From a virus: a stretch of DNA of 64,000 nt. The stretch covers positions 1 to 64,000 of IMG/VR virus record IMGVR_UViG_3300026521_000463; one strand, written 5' to 3'. The position numbers and the translations under genes are program-made. Below the pieces are notes generated by a model. It was not told where the DNA came from. It searched no databases and saw only the letters and a program-made list of their open reading frames with translations. Shown piece by piece: positions 1 to 9,640 of the stretch; the first letter of the stretch is position 1; each line of letters starts with the position of its first letter.

Positions 1-542
1 TTTGAAGTGAAAAATTCTAAATTTTTCTTATAAAAAATGTTTATATTACTTTTCAGCATATTTTTAGTGTGCTTCAATTTAGAGTCATCTGTTTCAGAAT
101 AATTTGCCAAAAGTTGCAAATCTTTGAATTGTTTATAATAATTTTGAAGTGCTTCAAGTATTTTTATTTCTTCAAGCAAATCTATATCCATAATTGTTAC
201 GGGACTAAAAGTTGCTTTTAAATGAGGCCCCAATTCTTCTGTAATTTCATTTAAAAGTATTTTTGGATTTGAAGAATCTGTTATTTGAACCTTTGCTATA
301 GATTGATATTTCAAATGACCTTTAACCACATCTAAATCTTTTGAAGTCCTAAATGATATAAAATGCTTCCCATCATACCAACTGTCAAAAACCACAGGAA
401 TAACCCCATGTGTGAAAGCATAATCTAGAAAATGTGTAGTTCTTTTTAAAATATCTTTATTCTTTTCCGTTTGTTTAAACAATTTTTTATATTTATTTTT
501 GACCTTTATTTTAAAATCATAAATTAAATCTAATAGTTTCAT
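1..542 (-). CDS. hypothetical protein (runs off window edge)
   Basis: ATG at 542 with RBS; frame MKLLDLIYDFKIKV... stays open to position 1; not in ORF track. Confidence 0.7.
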   Translation of the reverse strand, partial: MKLLDLIYDFKIKVKNKYKKLFKQTEKNKDILKRTTHFLDYAFTHGVIPVVFDSWYDGKHFISFRTSKDLDVVKGHLKYQSIAKVQITDSSNPKILLNEITEELGPHLKATFSPVTIMDIDLLEEIKILEALQNYYKQFKDLQLLANYSETDDSKLKHTKNMLKSNINIFYKKNLEFFTS

Positions 543-544
543 TT

Positions 545-1168
545 TTATTCCTCATTTGCTAATTCTTTATTTTGAATACATCTATAAAATTCATTATCAA
601 TAAAATCTTTTAATTCAAAAACTTTTTTGTTTTTAGTGTTTCTGATTTTATTTCCTTCAACTCTATAAATTTCATTATCAATAATACAAGCATCACTATC
701 AAAAATTATATTTCCGTTTTTATCTTTGAAACTTGTAGGTATTAAAATTTTATCAATTTTATCTCCTTCTAAAATTTCATCTGGACATTCTTCGCAACTG
801 TATGTAGTATGATATTCTTCCCACTCAAAAATCATTTTGTTTTTAATATCAATAATACCATCATAGATGAAAAATCCTTTTTTATGATATTCATTAAAAT
901 TAAAAATTACAAATTCTCCGAATTTTAGTTCTTTAACATTAAAATCTTTCACTAAAATAAAATTATCATCAAAAATTGAAGTAGGTTTAAAATCCCATCT
1001 ATCAAATTTCTTAAAAATCTCATTTTTTGCCAATAATGTTTTTTCAACCTTATCTAATTCTAAAAGATTTGTTTTTAAAGAATTATTAACATAATGATAT
1101 TTACCTAAATAATTATCTTTTACTTCAAAAAATGATAATGTTTTTCCTCTATAATTTATATATTTCAT
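545..1168 (-). CDS. hypothetical protein with YopX-like C-terminal motif
   Basis: TSFKDKNGNIIFDSD resembles YopX GLKDKNGKEIYEGD; directly behind promoter cassette. Confidence 0.5.
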   Translation of the reverse strand: MKYINYRGKTLSFFEVKDNYLGKYHYVNNSLKTNLLELDKVEKTLLAKNEIFKKFDRWDFKPTSIFDDNFILVKDFNVKELKFGEFVIFNFNEYHKKGFFIYDGIIDIKNKMIFEWEEYHTTYSCEECPDEILEGDKIDKILIPTSFKDKNGNIIFDSDACIIDNEIYRVEGNKIRNTKNKKVFELKDFIDNEFYRCIQNKELANEE

Positions 1169-1224
1169 GTGAATCCTTTTTGTTTTTATATTATAATTAT
1201 AACAAAAAAGAAATTAAAAGTCAA
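1166..1224 (-). promoter_or_regulatory. class I (early-type) sigma70 promoter + RBS cassette
   Basis: TTGACT-N17-TATAAT, TATAAT repeat, AAAAGGATTCACATG. Confidence 0.9.
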
Positions 1225-1267
1225 GTGTTTTCATAATTTTATAAAAGAATAAAATCAAGAAAAAGAA

Positions 1268-1846
1268 TTATAATAATTCTGTAATTTCTTGATATAAGTT
1301 TTCAATATCATTAGATGATAATGAAGTATATTTTGTGAATGAATTTCCTTCTGTGTCATCAAAAACAACAGGACAATTAACAATAGGTATAATTGATTTA
1401 CCTGAATAACTTACTGCTTCTTGAACTTTTGCTCCATTACCGATAACAAGATTAACATTTTCACCTATTCTGTAAAATTTTTTAGGATTAAACTCTTTAA
1501 CTGCTTTTTTATATTCTCTTTTTAAAGCACTTACTATTTTTTTCATTTTACTTGTAGCATCTGAAACATCAAAAAGAATATAAACTTCATCATACATCTT
1601 TACGGCACCAAATACATATCTATCACACCAGCAATTTACAGCATAAACTTCATATCCAGAACTTGTAGTTTCATCAACTACTTCTCCGCCTTCTCCTGCT
1701 TCATCAAGTTTTGAGATAACTTTATCTGCCACACCATCTATTACTTTTTTAACTGCTTCAAATGCTGCATCAGCATCTTGTTTTTCTAAAACTACACTTG
1801 AAACCTTGAATGCTTCATTTATGTTTTCTAAAATATCTTTTAACAT
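1268..1846 (-). CDS. hypothetical protein
   Basis: 192-aa ORF with RBS; acidic N-terminus MLKDILENINE. Confidence 0.7.
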   Translation of the reverse strand: MLKDILENINEAFKVSSVVLEKQDADAAFEAVKKVIDGVADKVISKLDEAGEGGEVVDETTSSGYEVYAVNCWCDRYVFGAVKMYDEVYILFDVSDATSKMKKIVSALKREYKKAVKEFNPKKFYRIGENVNLVIGNGAKVQEAVSYSGKSIIPIVNCPVVFDDTEGNSFTKYTSLSSNDIENLYQEITELL

Positions 1847-1856
1847 TTTTGTCCCC

Positions 1857-2348
1857 TTACTTTTTTGATTTTATTTCTTTTAAAACTGCTTTAAGACTGC
1901 TTTCATTATAAGGAATTTCTCCGAAAATATATTGTAAGTCATTGAAGTGTTCTACCTCATCCCCCATCATATCTTCAAAAAATTCTTCTAACTCAACTGC
2001 TTTATTTTCTTTTGCAAGTAAAACCATTTCTTTATAATCTTTTCTTGCTTGTTCTTCTAACCCTTGAATGAATTTAACACATTCAACTAAATCTTTAGGT
2101 GTGTATTTAGTTACACCTGTGTCAAAATCAACCAATTCTAAATCATTCAAAAACCCGTGATTGCCAGCATAAGCAACCAATTCAGTAAAATGTTTATATT
2201 CCTCACTTGAATGTTCTAATAATTCTTTTACAACATTCGCAACATCTTTACCTTTAAGTTTATTAGCAATAACAACATAACCTGCTGCTGCACTAATTTC
2301 ATCTCTGATAAATTTATTGAATTTTTCAATTAAAAATTCTTTATCCAT
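1857..2348 (-). CDS. ferritin-like (bacterioferritin/Dps-like) di-iron protein
   Basis: E..A..Y, EEYKH, E...Y, DEVEH di-iron ligand pattern in a 163-aa helical protein. Confidence 0.85.
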   Translation of the reverse strand: MDKEFLIEKFNKFIRDEISAAAGYVVIANKLKGKDVANVVKELLEHSSEEYKHFTELVAYAGNHGFLNDLELVDFDTGVTKYTPKDLVECVKFIQGLEEQARKDYKEMVLLAKENKAVELEEFFEDMMGDEVEHFNDLQYIFGEIPYNESSLKAVLKEIKSKK

Positions 2349-2357
2349 AATTGTCCT

Positions 2358-2858
2358 TTATTTTTTACATTTCAGATTATAAAATATATCGTTATGTGTA
2401 ATACCTAATTTTTTGTATAATATATTATCTTCTTCCATAACATAATTAGAACATTTTGGTATTTTTTCATAACTTTTTATTTTAAGTGAATTTATATGTC
2501 TGTCATAGTATTTAACATAAAATTCATCTTTATAACTTGTAACCTCACAAGGAATTTCTGTTTTAACACTTTTTACTGTATCTAAATTAAAATTTAAGTA
2601 TAAAGAACTTATTACAATAAACACCATTGAAAATCTTGTTATTCTGCTAAGGTCTTCAGAAAATAAAACTATTGATGCCACTAATAAAATTATAGAAAGT
2701 GTAATCCCTAAAACAATATCAGACACAAAAATTGCAAAAAACCAAACTATTATAAAAAATGTTAAAAGTCCTTTTTCAGAATCTGTCATTCTTTTCTGCT
2801 CGTCATTGAAAAAATAATTTTTTATTTTTTCTAATTTAATTTTTAATTTATTTTTCAT
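2358..2858 (-). CDS. membrane protein
   Basis: three hydrophobic segments; start at 2858 preferred over 2891 (RBS GGAG, less overlap with Ham1 gene). Confidence 0.6.
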   Translation of the reverse strand: MKNKLKIKLEKIKNYFFNDEQKRMTDSEKGLLTFFIIVWFFAIFVSDIVLGITLSIILLVASIVLFSEDLSRITRFSMVFIVISSLYLNFNLDTVKSVKTEIPCEVTSYKDEFYVKYYDRHINSLKIKSYEKIPKCSNYVMEEDNILYKKLGITHNDIFYNLKCKK

Positions 2859-3408
2859 TTTGATATTCTCCTTCCCATTTTGGTATATCACTTATTTTTA
2901 TTTTTTTGAATTTTTTATTCTTTTTAATTGCTAATAATGCTTTGTGTCTTGCTGAAAAGTCATCTTTTCTTCCTTCTTCATCTAATTTTGCTAAATTTTG
3001 TGAAAATGTTATATAAAAGTATGGGTCAAATCCATATCCTCTTATTTTTCCATCAACTTTATATGGGTTTCCAATTGTTCCTTCATATGTTCCTCTATAT
3101 AAAGTGATATATTCTCCGTCATTATAAGCAAAAGTAACAACCCATTTTGCTCTCTTTCCTAGGTATTTGGGTAAATTGTCAATCATCCATTTAATTTCAA
3201 CCAATTCTTCCCATTTTCTTTTATTTTTAATTTCAAGAATTGTGTCTTCAATTACAAATCCTTTTCCTGCTTCAAGTGCTTTATATATTGCTACTTCTTC
3301 ACTTGTTCCTTTTACTTCTCTTAAATCTTTACCTTTTATAATTTTTGCTTCAGGCAAAACTCTTTTTATTTCTTTAATTTTAAATTCATTTGAAGTTGTA
3401 AAAATCAT
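2848..3408 (-). CDS. Ham1/RdgB-family non-canonical purine NTP pyrophosphatase
   Basis: TSNxxKxxE, EDT, GYGFDPYF, SAR(SHR)xKAL motifs. Confidence 0.9.
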   Translation of the reverse strand: MIFTTSNEFKIKEIKRVLPEAKIIKGKDLREVKGTSEEVAIYKALEAGKGFVIEDTILEIKNKRKWEELVEIKWMIDNLPKYLGKRAKWVVTFAYNDGEYITLYRGTYEGTIGNPYKVDGKIRGYGFDPYFYITFSQNLAKLDEEGRKDDFSARHKALLAIKKNKKFKKIKISDIPKWEGEYQNEK

Positions 3409-3431
3409 GTGTATCCTTTTTGTTTAATTTT

Positions 3432-3956
3432 CTAGATATTATATAATTGAAAATTACTGTTAACCTGAGTATCATCTATAACAATTTGCCCGTATTTTTC
3501 AACTTCAAAAATATATTTAATCGTGCTAACACTTGTTCTCGAAGTTGCTGAAATATACTCATCATAGATTTTTTCCATTTTAGTGATTTTTAAACCGTTT
3601 TCATACACTTCTTCTAAATTATGGTAAAATACACTTGACAATTCTTCTTCTAATTTTGGAACTATTGTTATAGGAACCTCAACTTCAATCTTAAAAAATG
3701 GATATAAAATACCCTCATCAATACTTCTTTTATATTCTTTATAAAATTTTTCGTAATCTTTGAATTGAGTTTTTGAAATTACTTTCTCAATTCTGTTTTT
3801 AACTCTTTTACTATCTCTATTATCATAATATAAATTTTCATCTGCTTCTGCTATAAGTGAAAACAAGTCGTATGAAACATACCCTCCTAAAAAACTCATA
3901 ACCATTTGTTTAGTAATTTTATTGTATTCAATTTCTTTTAATGTTTTAAATTTCAT
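3432..3956 (-). CDS. hypothetical protein
   Basis: ORF starts at cassette ATG. Confidence 0.75.
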   Translation of the reverse strand: MKFKTLKEIEYNKITKQMVMSFLGGYVSYDLFSLIAEADENLYYDNRDSKRVKNRIEKVISKTQFKDYEKFYKEYKRSIDEGILYPFFKIEVEVPITIVPKLEEELSSVFYHNLEEVYENGLKITKMEKIYDEYISATSRTSVSTIKYIFEVEKYGQIVIDDTQVNSNFQLYNI

Positions 3957-4011
3957 GTGAATCCTTTTTGTTTCTTTTTATAATTATAACAAAAAAGGAG
4001 GAAGAAGTCAA
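3954..4011 (-). promoter_or_regulatory. class I promoter + RBS cassette
   Basis: TTGACT-N17-TATAAT ... AAAAGGATTCACATG. Confidence 0.9.
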
Positions 4012-4031
4012 GTGTTTTTAAAATTTTTATA

Positions 4032-4976
4032 TTAAAATAAAGAATTTTTTTCTTGATTTAAATTTGTATAATTATAATTTTTATGAGCATAAATCTTTTC
4101 TTGAACTATTTTTCTGCTTATATCATTTTTTCCTTTCTGATATATTATTTCATAATCTTTATGCTCAAGATTGTATTCCGAGATGATACATTTATTTTTT
4201 GAAATAAAGTCATTAAAAAGATTAAAATTAAAATCGGAATTGTATCCACTTGTATTTTGATATGGAGGGTCCAAATAAATTATTGAGTTTTTTTCAAAAT
4301 TTTTAAAATCAAGATAACTTTTATTATGGAATTCTATTTTTTTATTTTTTATATGTGGTAAAGTTTTTGCTAATAAATTTATGTTATTGATATGAGCAAC
4401 TAAATTTCTTCTTGGTGGCATAAAAGGTTTTAATACTTCATAAAGTTTTAATTTTTTCTTTTGCACTTCATTATCATTTTTTGGCATCCCCATTTCTATA
4501 ATTTCATTTAGATTGACATCCCCGTAAAACTTTTTAATATTCTCAATATGTTTCTCGTCATTATGAATTATAACATAATGAAGACTTCTTTTAATGTCTT
4601 CAATTTCTTTACTATAAATATATCCACTCCCGTCATTTCCAAAACTGTAACATCTTTCAAAAAATATCTTATCTATTTTATCTTTAGGTTTATCATTTCT
4701 TCCATAAAAAGGTTTATAGAATCTCTCAAAAAATTCTTCTTCACTTGTATTTTTTAAAAACATTACAAAATCAAATAAATTTTTATCTAATTCATTATAA
4801 ATAACTTTTTTAACATTTGGGTTTTGAGCAATTGAAAAAGATACACTACCTCCTCCTCCAAATAAATCATAAAGGATAATATCTTTAGGTTGAACCTTTT
4901 CAAAAATTTCATTTAAGTTTTTTATAAGTTTTCTTTTGCTTCCTTTATATGGTATTCCTACTGCTTTAATTTTCAT
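4032..4976 (-). CDS. D12-class (Dam-like) N6-adenine DNA methyltransferase, copy 1
   Basis: PYKGSK, DLFGGGGSV (motif I), YNELD, YLDPPY (motif IV). Confidence 0.92.
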   Translation of the reverse strand: MKIKAVGIPYKGSKRKLIKNLNEIFEKVQPKDIILYDLFGGGGSVSFSIAQNPNVKKVIYNELDKNLFDFVMFLKNTSEEEFFERFYKPFYGRNDKPKDKIDKIFFERCYSFGNDGSGYIYSKEIEDIKRSLHYVIIHNDEKHIENIKKFYGDVNLNEIIEMGMPKNDNEVQKKKLKLYEVLKPFMPPRRNLVAHINNINLLAKTLPHIKNKKIEFHNKSYLDFKNFEKNSIIYLDPPYQNTSGYNSDFNFNLFNDFISKNKCIISEYNLEHKDYEIIYQKGKNDISRKIVQEKIYAHKNYNYTNLNQEKNSLF

Positions 4977-5178
4977 TTACAATCCTATAAACTTTTTTAT
5001 TATAATGTATTTCATTCTTAACACATTTGCCGTTCGTTGTATTATATTCACAACACTTGACTTTGAACTTGTCAGGTAAAGCAAGTGATATTAAACCATA
5101 AAAAGCAAGTGTAAGAATAAAAACCAATAAAACATTTAAAATAAAATTTACCTGTTTATCATATCTACTTTGGAACAT
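4966..5178 (-). CDS. small membrane protein
   Basis: single hydrophobic helix then Cys-containing tail. Confidence 0.6.
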   Translation of the reverse strand: MFQSRYDKQVNFILNVLLVFILTLAFYGLISLALPDKFKVKCCEYNTTNGKCVKNEIHYNKKVYRIVNEN

Positions 5179-5179
5179 T

Positions 5180-5575
5180 TTAATCCTCGCAGTAACTTAT
5201 TGATATTACAAAATCTTCAACTTCAAAATAATGATAACCATATTCTTTGCTATATTTTTTAAAATCCAAATCATTAGATATAATTATTTCATTGTTATCT
5301 ACTTTAATGATAATTTTTGTTAAGTCATCGTCAATTTCAATATCTTGAATATAATCATCTTTAATGTCTGGATATAAAGGTTTATCATTTAATGTATAAA
5401 AATTTACATAGCAATTTTGCTTTAATAATTTATACATTTTATTCATCCATTTTTCTTTAAATGGATTATTTAAGTTATGTAATGCTTTTTTATACTCTTC
5501 TTTTGCTTGCAAATATTTTTTATACTCAACTTCTTTTTCTTTTAATTCATTTTTTAATAATTCTAATTTACTCAT
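5180..5575 (-). CDS. hypothetical protein
   Basis: ORF with RBS, tightly packed. Confidence 0.65.
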   Translation of the reverse strand: MSKLELLKNELKEKEVEYKKYLQAKEEYKKALHNLNNPFKEKWMNKMYKLLKQNCYVNFYTLNDKPLYPDIKDDYIQDIEIDDDLTKIIIKVDNNEIIISNDLDFKKYSKEYGYHYFEVEDFVISISYCED

Positions 5576-5576
5576 T

Positions 5577-5855
5577 TTAATCCTTTAATTTTATACTATT
5601 TATTCTTTCTACAATAAAATCAATAATTGTATTTTTATATTTTTTGATAACAATTATATCAAGTAAAAAATAAATTGCTAAAATAATACCTACAGGAAAA
5701 AGAGCAGCAAACAAAAAAGCAGTAACCAATACCACCAAAAGAGTATCAGAATTAAAATCTGACGGATAATCATTTAACGATTCTTGATATCTAATATCAA
5801 CTATTAAAAGAAATGTTAAAACAAAAAACAAAATAAACCATATTATAAAAAACAT
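5577..5855 (-). CDS. membrane protein
   Basis: hydrophobic segments; start at MFFIIW behind AGGAGA RBS. Confidence 0.6.
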   Translation of the reverse strand: MFFIIWFILFFVLTFLLIVDIRYQESLNDYPSDFNSDTLLVVLVTAFLFAALFPVGIILAIYFLLDIIVIKKYKNTIIDFIVERINSIKLKD

Positions 5856-5865
5856 TTTCTCTCCT

Positions 5866-6531
5866 TTATTTTTTAGGAGCAAGTTTTCTAAATTCACTTG
5901 CTAACTCATTATATCTAAATACTTTTTTAAAAGTTGAAATTATATCATCCCATTCTTTATTGTATTTATAAATCATTTTTATTTTTTTGTAGTCGTCATT
6001 TAATTGACTTACAAATTTATCCATTTCAAAATCTTCTTTGTATTTTGCTAAAGCAATTCCAAACTTCAAAATTCTAATACAATGAAATAAAGATTTATAA
6101 CTTTTTCTCAATTCAATTTCAGAATTGAATTTTGGATATTCTATTGTATATTTCTTTTTTGCTTTTACAAGACTATTATTATATTTTTTTGAAAATGATT
6201 TTCTCAATTTTGATAAATCAAATTTAAAATACGAAGGGTTATAATTCACTATTCCGTCTGAAAAATATAATGCCATTGCCATCTCTTCGTGTTCCCATAA
6301 TAGTTCTTCAAATGTTCTTTTACTTATAACAATAACATCTTTTTTATAAGTGTTACCATTATAAACATTTTCAAAAGTATAATTTTCATTTATTTCTTTA
6401 AAACTATCTACGATAACTACAAAGTCTATATCCGATTTTTCGTCCATTGTTTTCCATAACAACGAACCCCATTCATAACAACCAACTAATCTATCATAAT
6501 TATTCTTTTTCAAAAATTCATAAAAATTCAT
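5866..6531 (-). CDS. DNA Pol-beta superfamily nucleotidyltransferase
   Basis: WGSLLW...SDIDFVVI (GS + DxD) and helical C-terminal domain; start probably MNFYE. Confidence 0.8.
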   Translation of the reverse strand: MNFYEFLKKNNYDRLVGCYEWGSLLWKTMDEKSDIDFVVIVDSFKEINENYTFENVYNGNTYKKDVIVISKRTFEELLWEHEEMAMALYFSDGIVNYNPSYFKFDLSKLRKSFSKKYNNSLVKAKKKYTIEYPKFNSEIELRKSYKSLFHCIRILKFGIALAKYKEDFEMDKFVSQLNDDYKKIKMIYKYNKEWDDIISTFKKVFRYNELASEFRKLAPKK

Positions 6532-6700
6532 AATAACCTCGCTTTTTTGCTTCATCTCTGATTGCTCTTGCTCCAGATTTTAGCAAAACATCATTATGGT
6601 CTATATATTTTTTGTAAAATGTTTTTAATTGAAGTTTCAAAAAATTATCACTCCAATAACTTGGGGGATATTCTATTTTATCATAATTCTTATCTTTCAT
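6518..6700 (-). CDS. hypothetical protein
   Basis: 60-aa ORF with RBS. Confidence 0.55.
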   Translation of the reverse strand: MKDKNYDKIEYPPSYWSDNFLKLQLKTFYKKYIDHNDVLLKSGARAIRDEAKKRGYYEFL

Positions 6701-6701
6701 T

Positions 6702-7289
6702 TTAATCCCTTAAAAAATTATGAAGTCTTAACATTGGTGGATTATAAAGATTGTCTCTATCATAAGCATCTAATTGAATTAAATCTTTTTCAATGTCTTT
6801 AAGTGTTAAAGGATGTAACGATATGTATCTAACTTCACTTTGCCAAGACATACAACTTCTCTCAAAAGTTTTAAAAGAAAATATAAATACTAATTCGTCT
6901 CTTTTAATATCCATAAATGCTGTTCTTCCGTCAGGAACTAATTTATCTGTAATAATGAAAATATACTTAAAAAATATAACCTTTTTAATTGTTTTTTTAT
7001 TTTTAGAATAAATATCATTAAAAAAATCTTCAAAGTCATTTTTTAAAAAAGTAATAAATTCATTTTCATTATCAAAAAACATTCTTATTTCTCTTTTTGT
7101 GAAGAGTTTAAATGCATTATTTTTTAAACCTTTTCTTATTCTCTTAGCATAACTTTTTAGGTTGAAATTTTTCTTTTCAATTTCATCTAACACCAAATCA
7201 AAAACTACTCTGTCAAATTCCCCGTCAAGCAATTTATAAATCAACCTGTGTGAAGTTGATTGCTTTAATTCTCTTAAACTTATTTTCAT
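6702..7289 (-). CDS. hypothetical protein
   Basis: starts at AAGGAATTCACATG RBS variant. Confidence 0.7.
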   Translation of the reverse strand: MKISLRELKQSTSHRLIYKLLDGEFDRVVFDLVLDEIEKKNFNLKSYAKRIRKGLKNNAFKLFTKREIRMFFDNENEFITFLKNDFEDFFNDIYSKNKKTIKKVIFFKYIFIITDKLVPDGRTAFMDIKRDELVFIFSFKTFERSCMSWQSEVRYISLHPLTLKDIEKDLIQLDAYDRDNLYNPPMLRLHNFLRD

Positions 7290-7298
7290 GTGAATTCC

Positions 7299-7466
7299 TT
7301 ATATTTTTACAAAAATTTTGATGTCATTTTTAAATTTTTCAATAAATGCAGGGCAACATTCCGCATTTGATTTATCACATTCAGAACAATCACAACCTTT
7401 ACATTTAACTATAAAATCTTTAAAATTATCTTTTTCTTCAAATTTAATTTCTTTAAAATTTTTCAT
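7299..7466 (-). CDS. small Cys-rich protein (55 aa)
   Basis: hand translation MKNFKEIK...KCKGCDCSECDKSNAECCPAF...; begins at cassette ATG; below ORF-track cutoff. Confidence 0.7.
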   Translation of the reverse strand: MKNFKEIKFEEKDNFKDFIVKCKGCDCSECDKSNAECCPAFIEKFKNDIKIFVKI

Positions 7467-7528
7467 GTGAATCCTTTTTGTTTTATTTCTTACATTATAA
7501 TTATAACAAAAAAGAAAAAGAAAGTCAA
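7464..7528 (-). promoter_or_regulatory. class I promoter + RBS cassette
   Basis: TTGACT-N17-TATAAT ... GGATTCACATG. Confidence 0.9.
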
Positions 7529-8529
7529 GAACAAAATTCTTTTTTAAGTAATTTCATAAACATTTTTTCTAATTCATTCCAATTTGCTTTTTTAGGTAAA
7601 TTTTCTTTTGCCACTTCTTGAAGTTTTTCAAAATTTGCGAACTCAACTTCCATTCTTTCTTCTAATTCTTCAAGTGTAAATTCTAAATTTCTGATTTTTT
7701 TAAGTTCCTCAGCATTTTCTAATGGGAATTTTAATTCTTTTTTAACAATTAAATCTCTACCTTCTTCTAAAAGTCTAAATAAATGAAGGAAAAATTTAGC
7801 ATCAAATCCTACTGTTTTCCATTGCTCTGCTCTATGACTTGAAGTGGCGATTTTTTCTTTCATCATTTTGTTTGCTTTTTTGATAAATAAATTTCTCGGA
7901 AATGTTAAATTACTTACAACGATTCCATCTTTCTTAAATAAATGTTTAAAAGGTGCGAACTCATTGTGATGTTGAATTTCTCCTACTGTCATAACTCCGT
8001 CGTGATTTTCAAGGAATTTTTCAAGTGTTTCTTGTAAAGCAATTAAATCTTTGTAATTTACTGCTTTGTTTTTACCTTTTTTCATTTGACTTTTAGCATA
8101 TCCCATAAATGAATGAAATACTCTTTGATTGATAAATAACTCGCTGTTATTTTGAAATTCCTCAAATTCAGGTGTATTGAATACAACTGCTTCAGGATTT
8201 GTGTGAGAAAATAGCAATTCCACAATGTTTGGATTTACATCCCCTGCTAATTTTAAAAATTTTTTTAACTCATAAACTTTACAATCTAATGCTTCCTTTG
8301 TATTTTTACCACTCTCATCTTTCACAACATCTGACAAATCAACTTCTTCAACATTTTTGAAACCTAAGTGAAATTCAGGATTTGCTAAGAATACACCTAA
8401 AAAGTCTGTATCTGATTCAGGTGTATTTGTCCCGTATAATTGACTACCACTCTTTGTTAAAAATAATAATCTACCAAAAGGTTTAATTCTTTCTTCAACC
8501 ATTTCTAAAATTTCTTTGTTTGTTCTCAT
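7525..8529 (-). CDS. nucleotidyltransferase, RlaP/T4 NrdC.11-like
   Basis: SGSQLYGTNTPESDTDFLGVF, NPNIVELLF, GYAKSQ, HLFRLL. Confidence 0.85.
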   Translation of the reverse strand: MRTNKEILEMVEERIKPFGRLLFLTKSGSQLYGTNTPESDTDFLGVFLANPEFHLGFKNVEEVDLSDVVKDESGKNTKEALDCKVYELKKFLKLAGDVNPNIVELLFSHTNPEAVVFNTPEFEEFQNNSELFINQRVFHSFMGYAKSQMKKGKNKAVNYKDLIALQETLEKFLENHDGVMTVGEIQHHNEFAPFKHLFKKDGIVVSNLTFPRNLFIKKANKMMKEKIATSSHRAEQWKTVGFDAKFFLHLFRLLEEGRDLIVKKELKFPLENAEELKKIRNLEFTLEELEERMEVEFANFEKLQEVAKENLPKKANWNELEKMFMKLLKKEFCS

Positions 8530-8588
8530 GTGTTTCCTTTTATTTCTTTTTACATTATAATTATAACTAAAAATTTTTTAGTTGTCAA
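8527..8588 (-). promoter_or_regulatory. class I promoter + RBS cassette
   Basis: TTGACA-N17-TATAAT ... AAAGGAAACACATG. Confidence 0.85.
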
Positions 8589-8772
8589 GTGTATAAATAC
8601 ATTTTCTTAAATTTTCTTTCAAAACTCTTCTTCTACTTCTTTTTGCTTTTTGAATTCTTTTTCTTCTATTTTTTCTTGCTTTATTATTTCTCCATTTATA
8701 AATCAAATCATCATTATAAATTTCTATTTTAATCTCAGGTCTCATTATTATCCTTTGGAAATTATTTTTCAA
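8578..8772 (-). CDS. small, very basic protein
   Basis: Arg/Lys-rich RKNRRKRIQKAKRSRRR. Confidence 0.55.
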   Translation of the reverse strand: MKNNFQRIIMRPEIKIEIYNDDLIYKWRNNKARKNRRKRIQKAKRSRRRVLKENLRKCIYTLDN

Positions 8773-9046
8773 AAGTTTTTAAAAACTCTTCAAATAAAAA
8801 TGTTCCTTTTAAAGGACTCTCATCTAAAACTAAATGGTGCTTATGTTCTGGAATAACATCGTATTCACTTGCATAATTAAATTCTTCAATTTCACCTACT
8901 CTATATGCTTTATCACCTTCATAGCATACATCTTCATTTTCAAAAATACATAAAAATTTATTGTCTCCATTTGGTATTTTTATAAATGAAGCATATTCTC
9001 CATATCCTAATGCTGCATTTGATTGTATTATCATTAAATCTTTCAT
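8762..9046 (-). CDS. hypothetical protein
   Basis: starts at cassette ATG. Confidence 0.75.
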   Translation of the reverse strand: MKDLMIIQSNAALGYGEYASFIKIPNGDNKFLCIFENEDVCYEGDKAYRVGEIEEFNYASEYDVIPEHKHHLVLDESPLKGTFLFEEFLKTFEK

Positions 9047-9106
9047 GTGAATCCTTTTTGTTATATTTTATATTATAATTATAACAAAAAAGGAAAAGAA
9101 AGTCAA
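9044..9106 (-). promoter_or_regulatory. class I promoter + RBS cassette
   Basis: TTGACT-N17-TATAAT ... GGATTCACATG. Confidence 0.9.
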
Positions 9107-9114
9107 TCATTTTA

Positions 9115-9447
9115 TTAACTTCTTTTCCATTTTTTTAATTTTTCAATAAGATAAATAACACTATCAGCAGTGCCCCTATCATTTATGAAAGGTAAAGTTC
9201 TTAGCAAAATGTCTATAACTTCATTACTTTCCATTTCAAAAATTTCAGAAAGTAATCTCTCTTTAAGATTGTATTTTATATTAAGTTTTGCTAATGAAGT
9301 GTAATCTATTGAAATTTCAGGATTATTCGCGATAGACATTTGAAGAGTTTCGGACTTCATTTTCCCTTCAATAATTTTAATTCCGTTGTAACCTATCTTT
9401 TCTGTAAATTCAATTTTCATTTTTTCTTCTTTGAATTTCATTAGCAA
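9115..9447 (-). CDS. hypothetical protein
   Basis: ORF track; true start may be the downstream MKIEF. Confidence 0.55.
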   Translation of the reverse strand: MLMKFKEEKMKIEFTEKIGYNGIKIIEGKMKSETLQMSIANNPEISIDYTSLAKLNIKYNLKERLLSEIFEMESNEVIDILLRTLPFINDRGTADSVIYLIEKLKKWKRS

Positions 9448-9640
9448 TCATAACTTGAAGTCTAAACAAAACTTCATCTGGCATATTTTCAATTACCTTT
9501 TTATCTATATCTTCATAAATACCCACTAATGTTTTTGAAACCAAATCCATACCTTGAAGATGAGGTGTAGTTATTGCAAATGCTGTTTCGTTACCAATTT
9601 TAATTGTTTCAAATCCATAATTTATTTTTAAATCTTTCAA
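9410..9640 (-). CDS. hypothetical protein
   Basis: ORF with RBS, overlapping start/stop. Confidence 0.6.
   Translation of the reverse strand: MKDLKINYGFETIKIGNETAFAITTPHLQGMDLVSKTLVGIYEDIDKKVIENMPDEVLFRLQVMIANEIQRRKNEN

Noticed and set aside
4032-4976. Restriction-modification system
   Set aside because: No cognate endonuclease beside any methyltransferase; these look like orphan phage enzymes.
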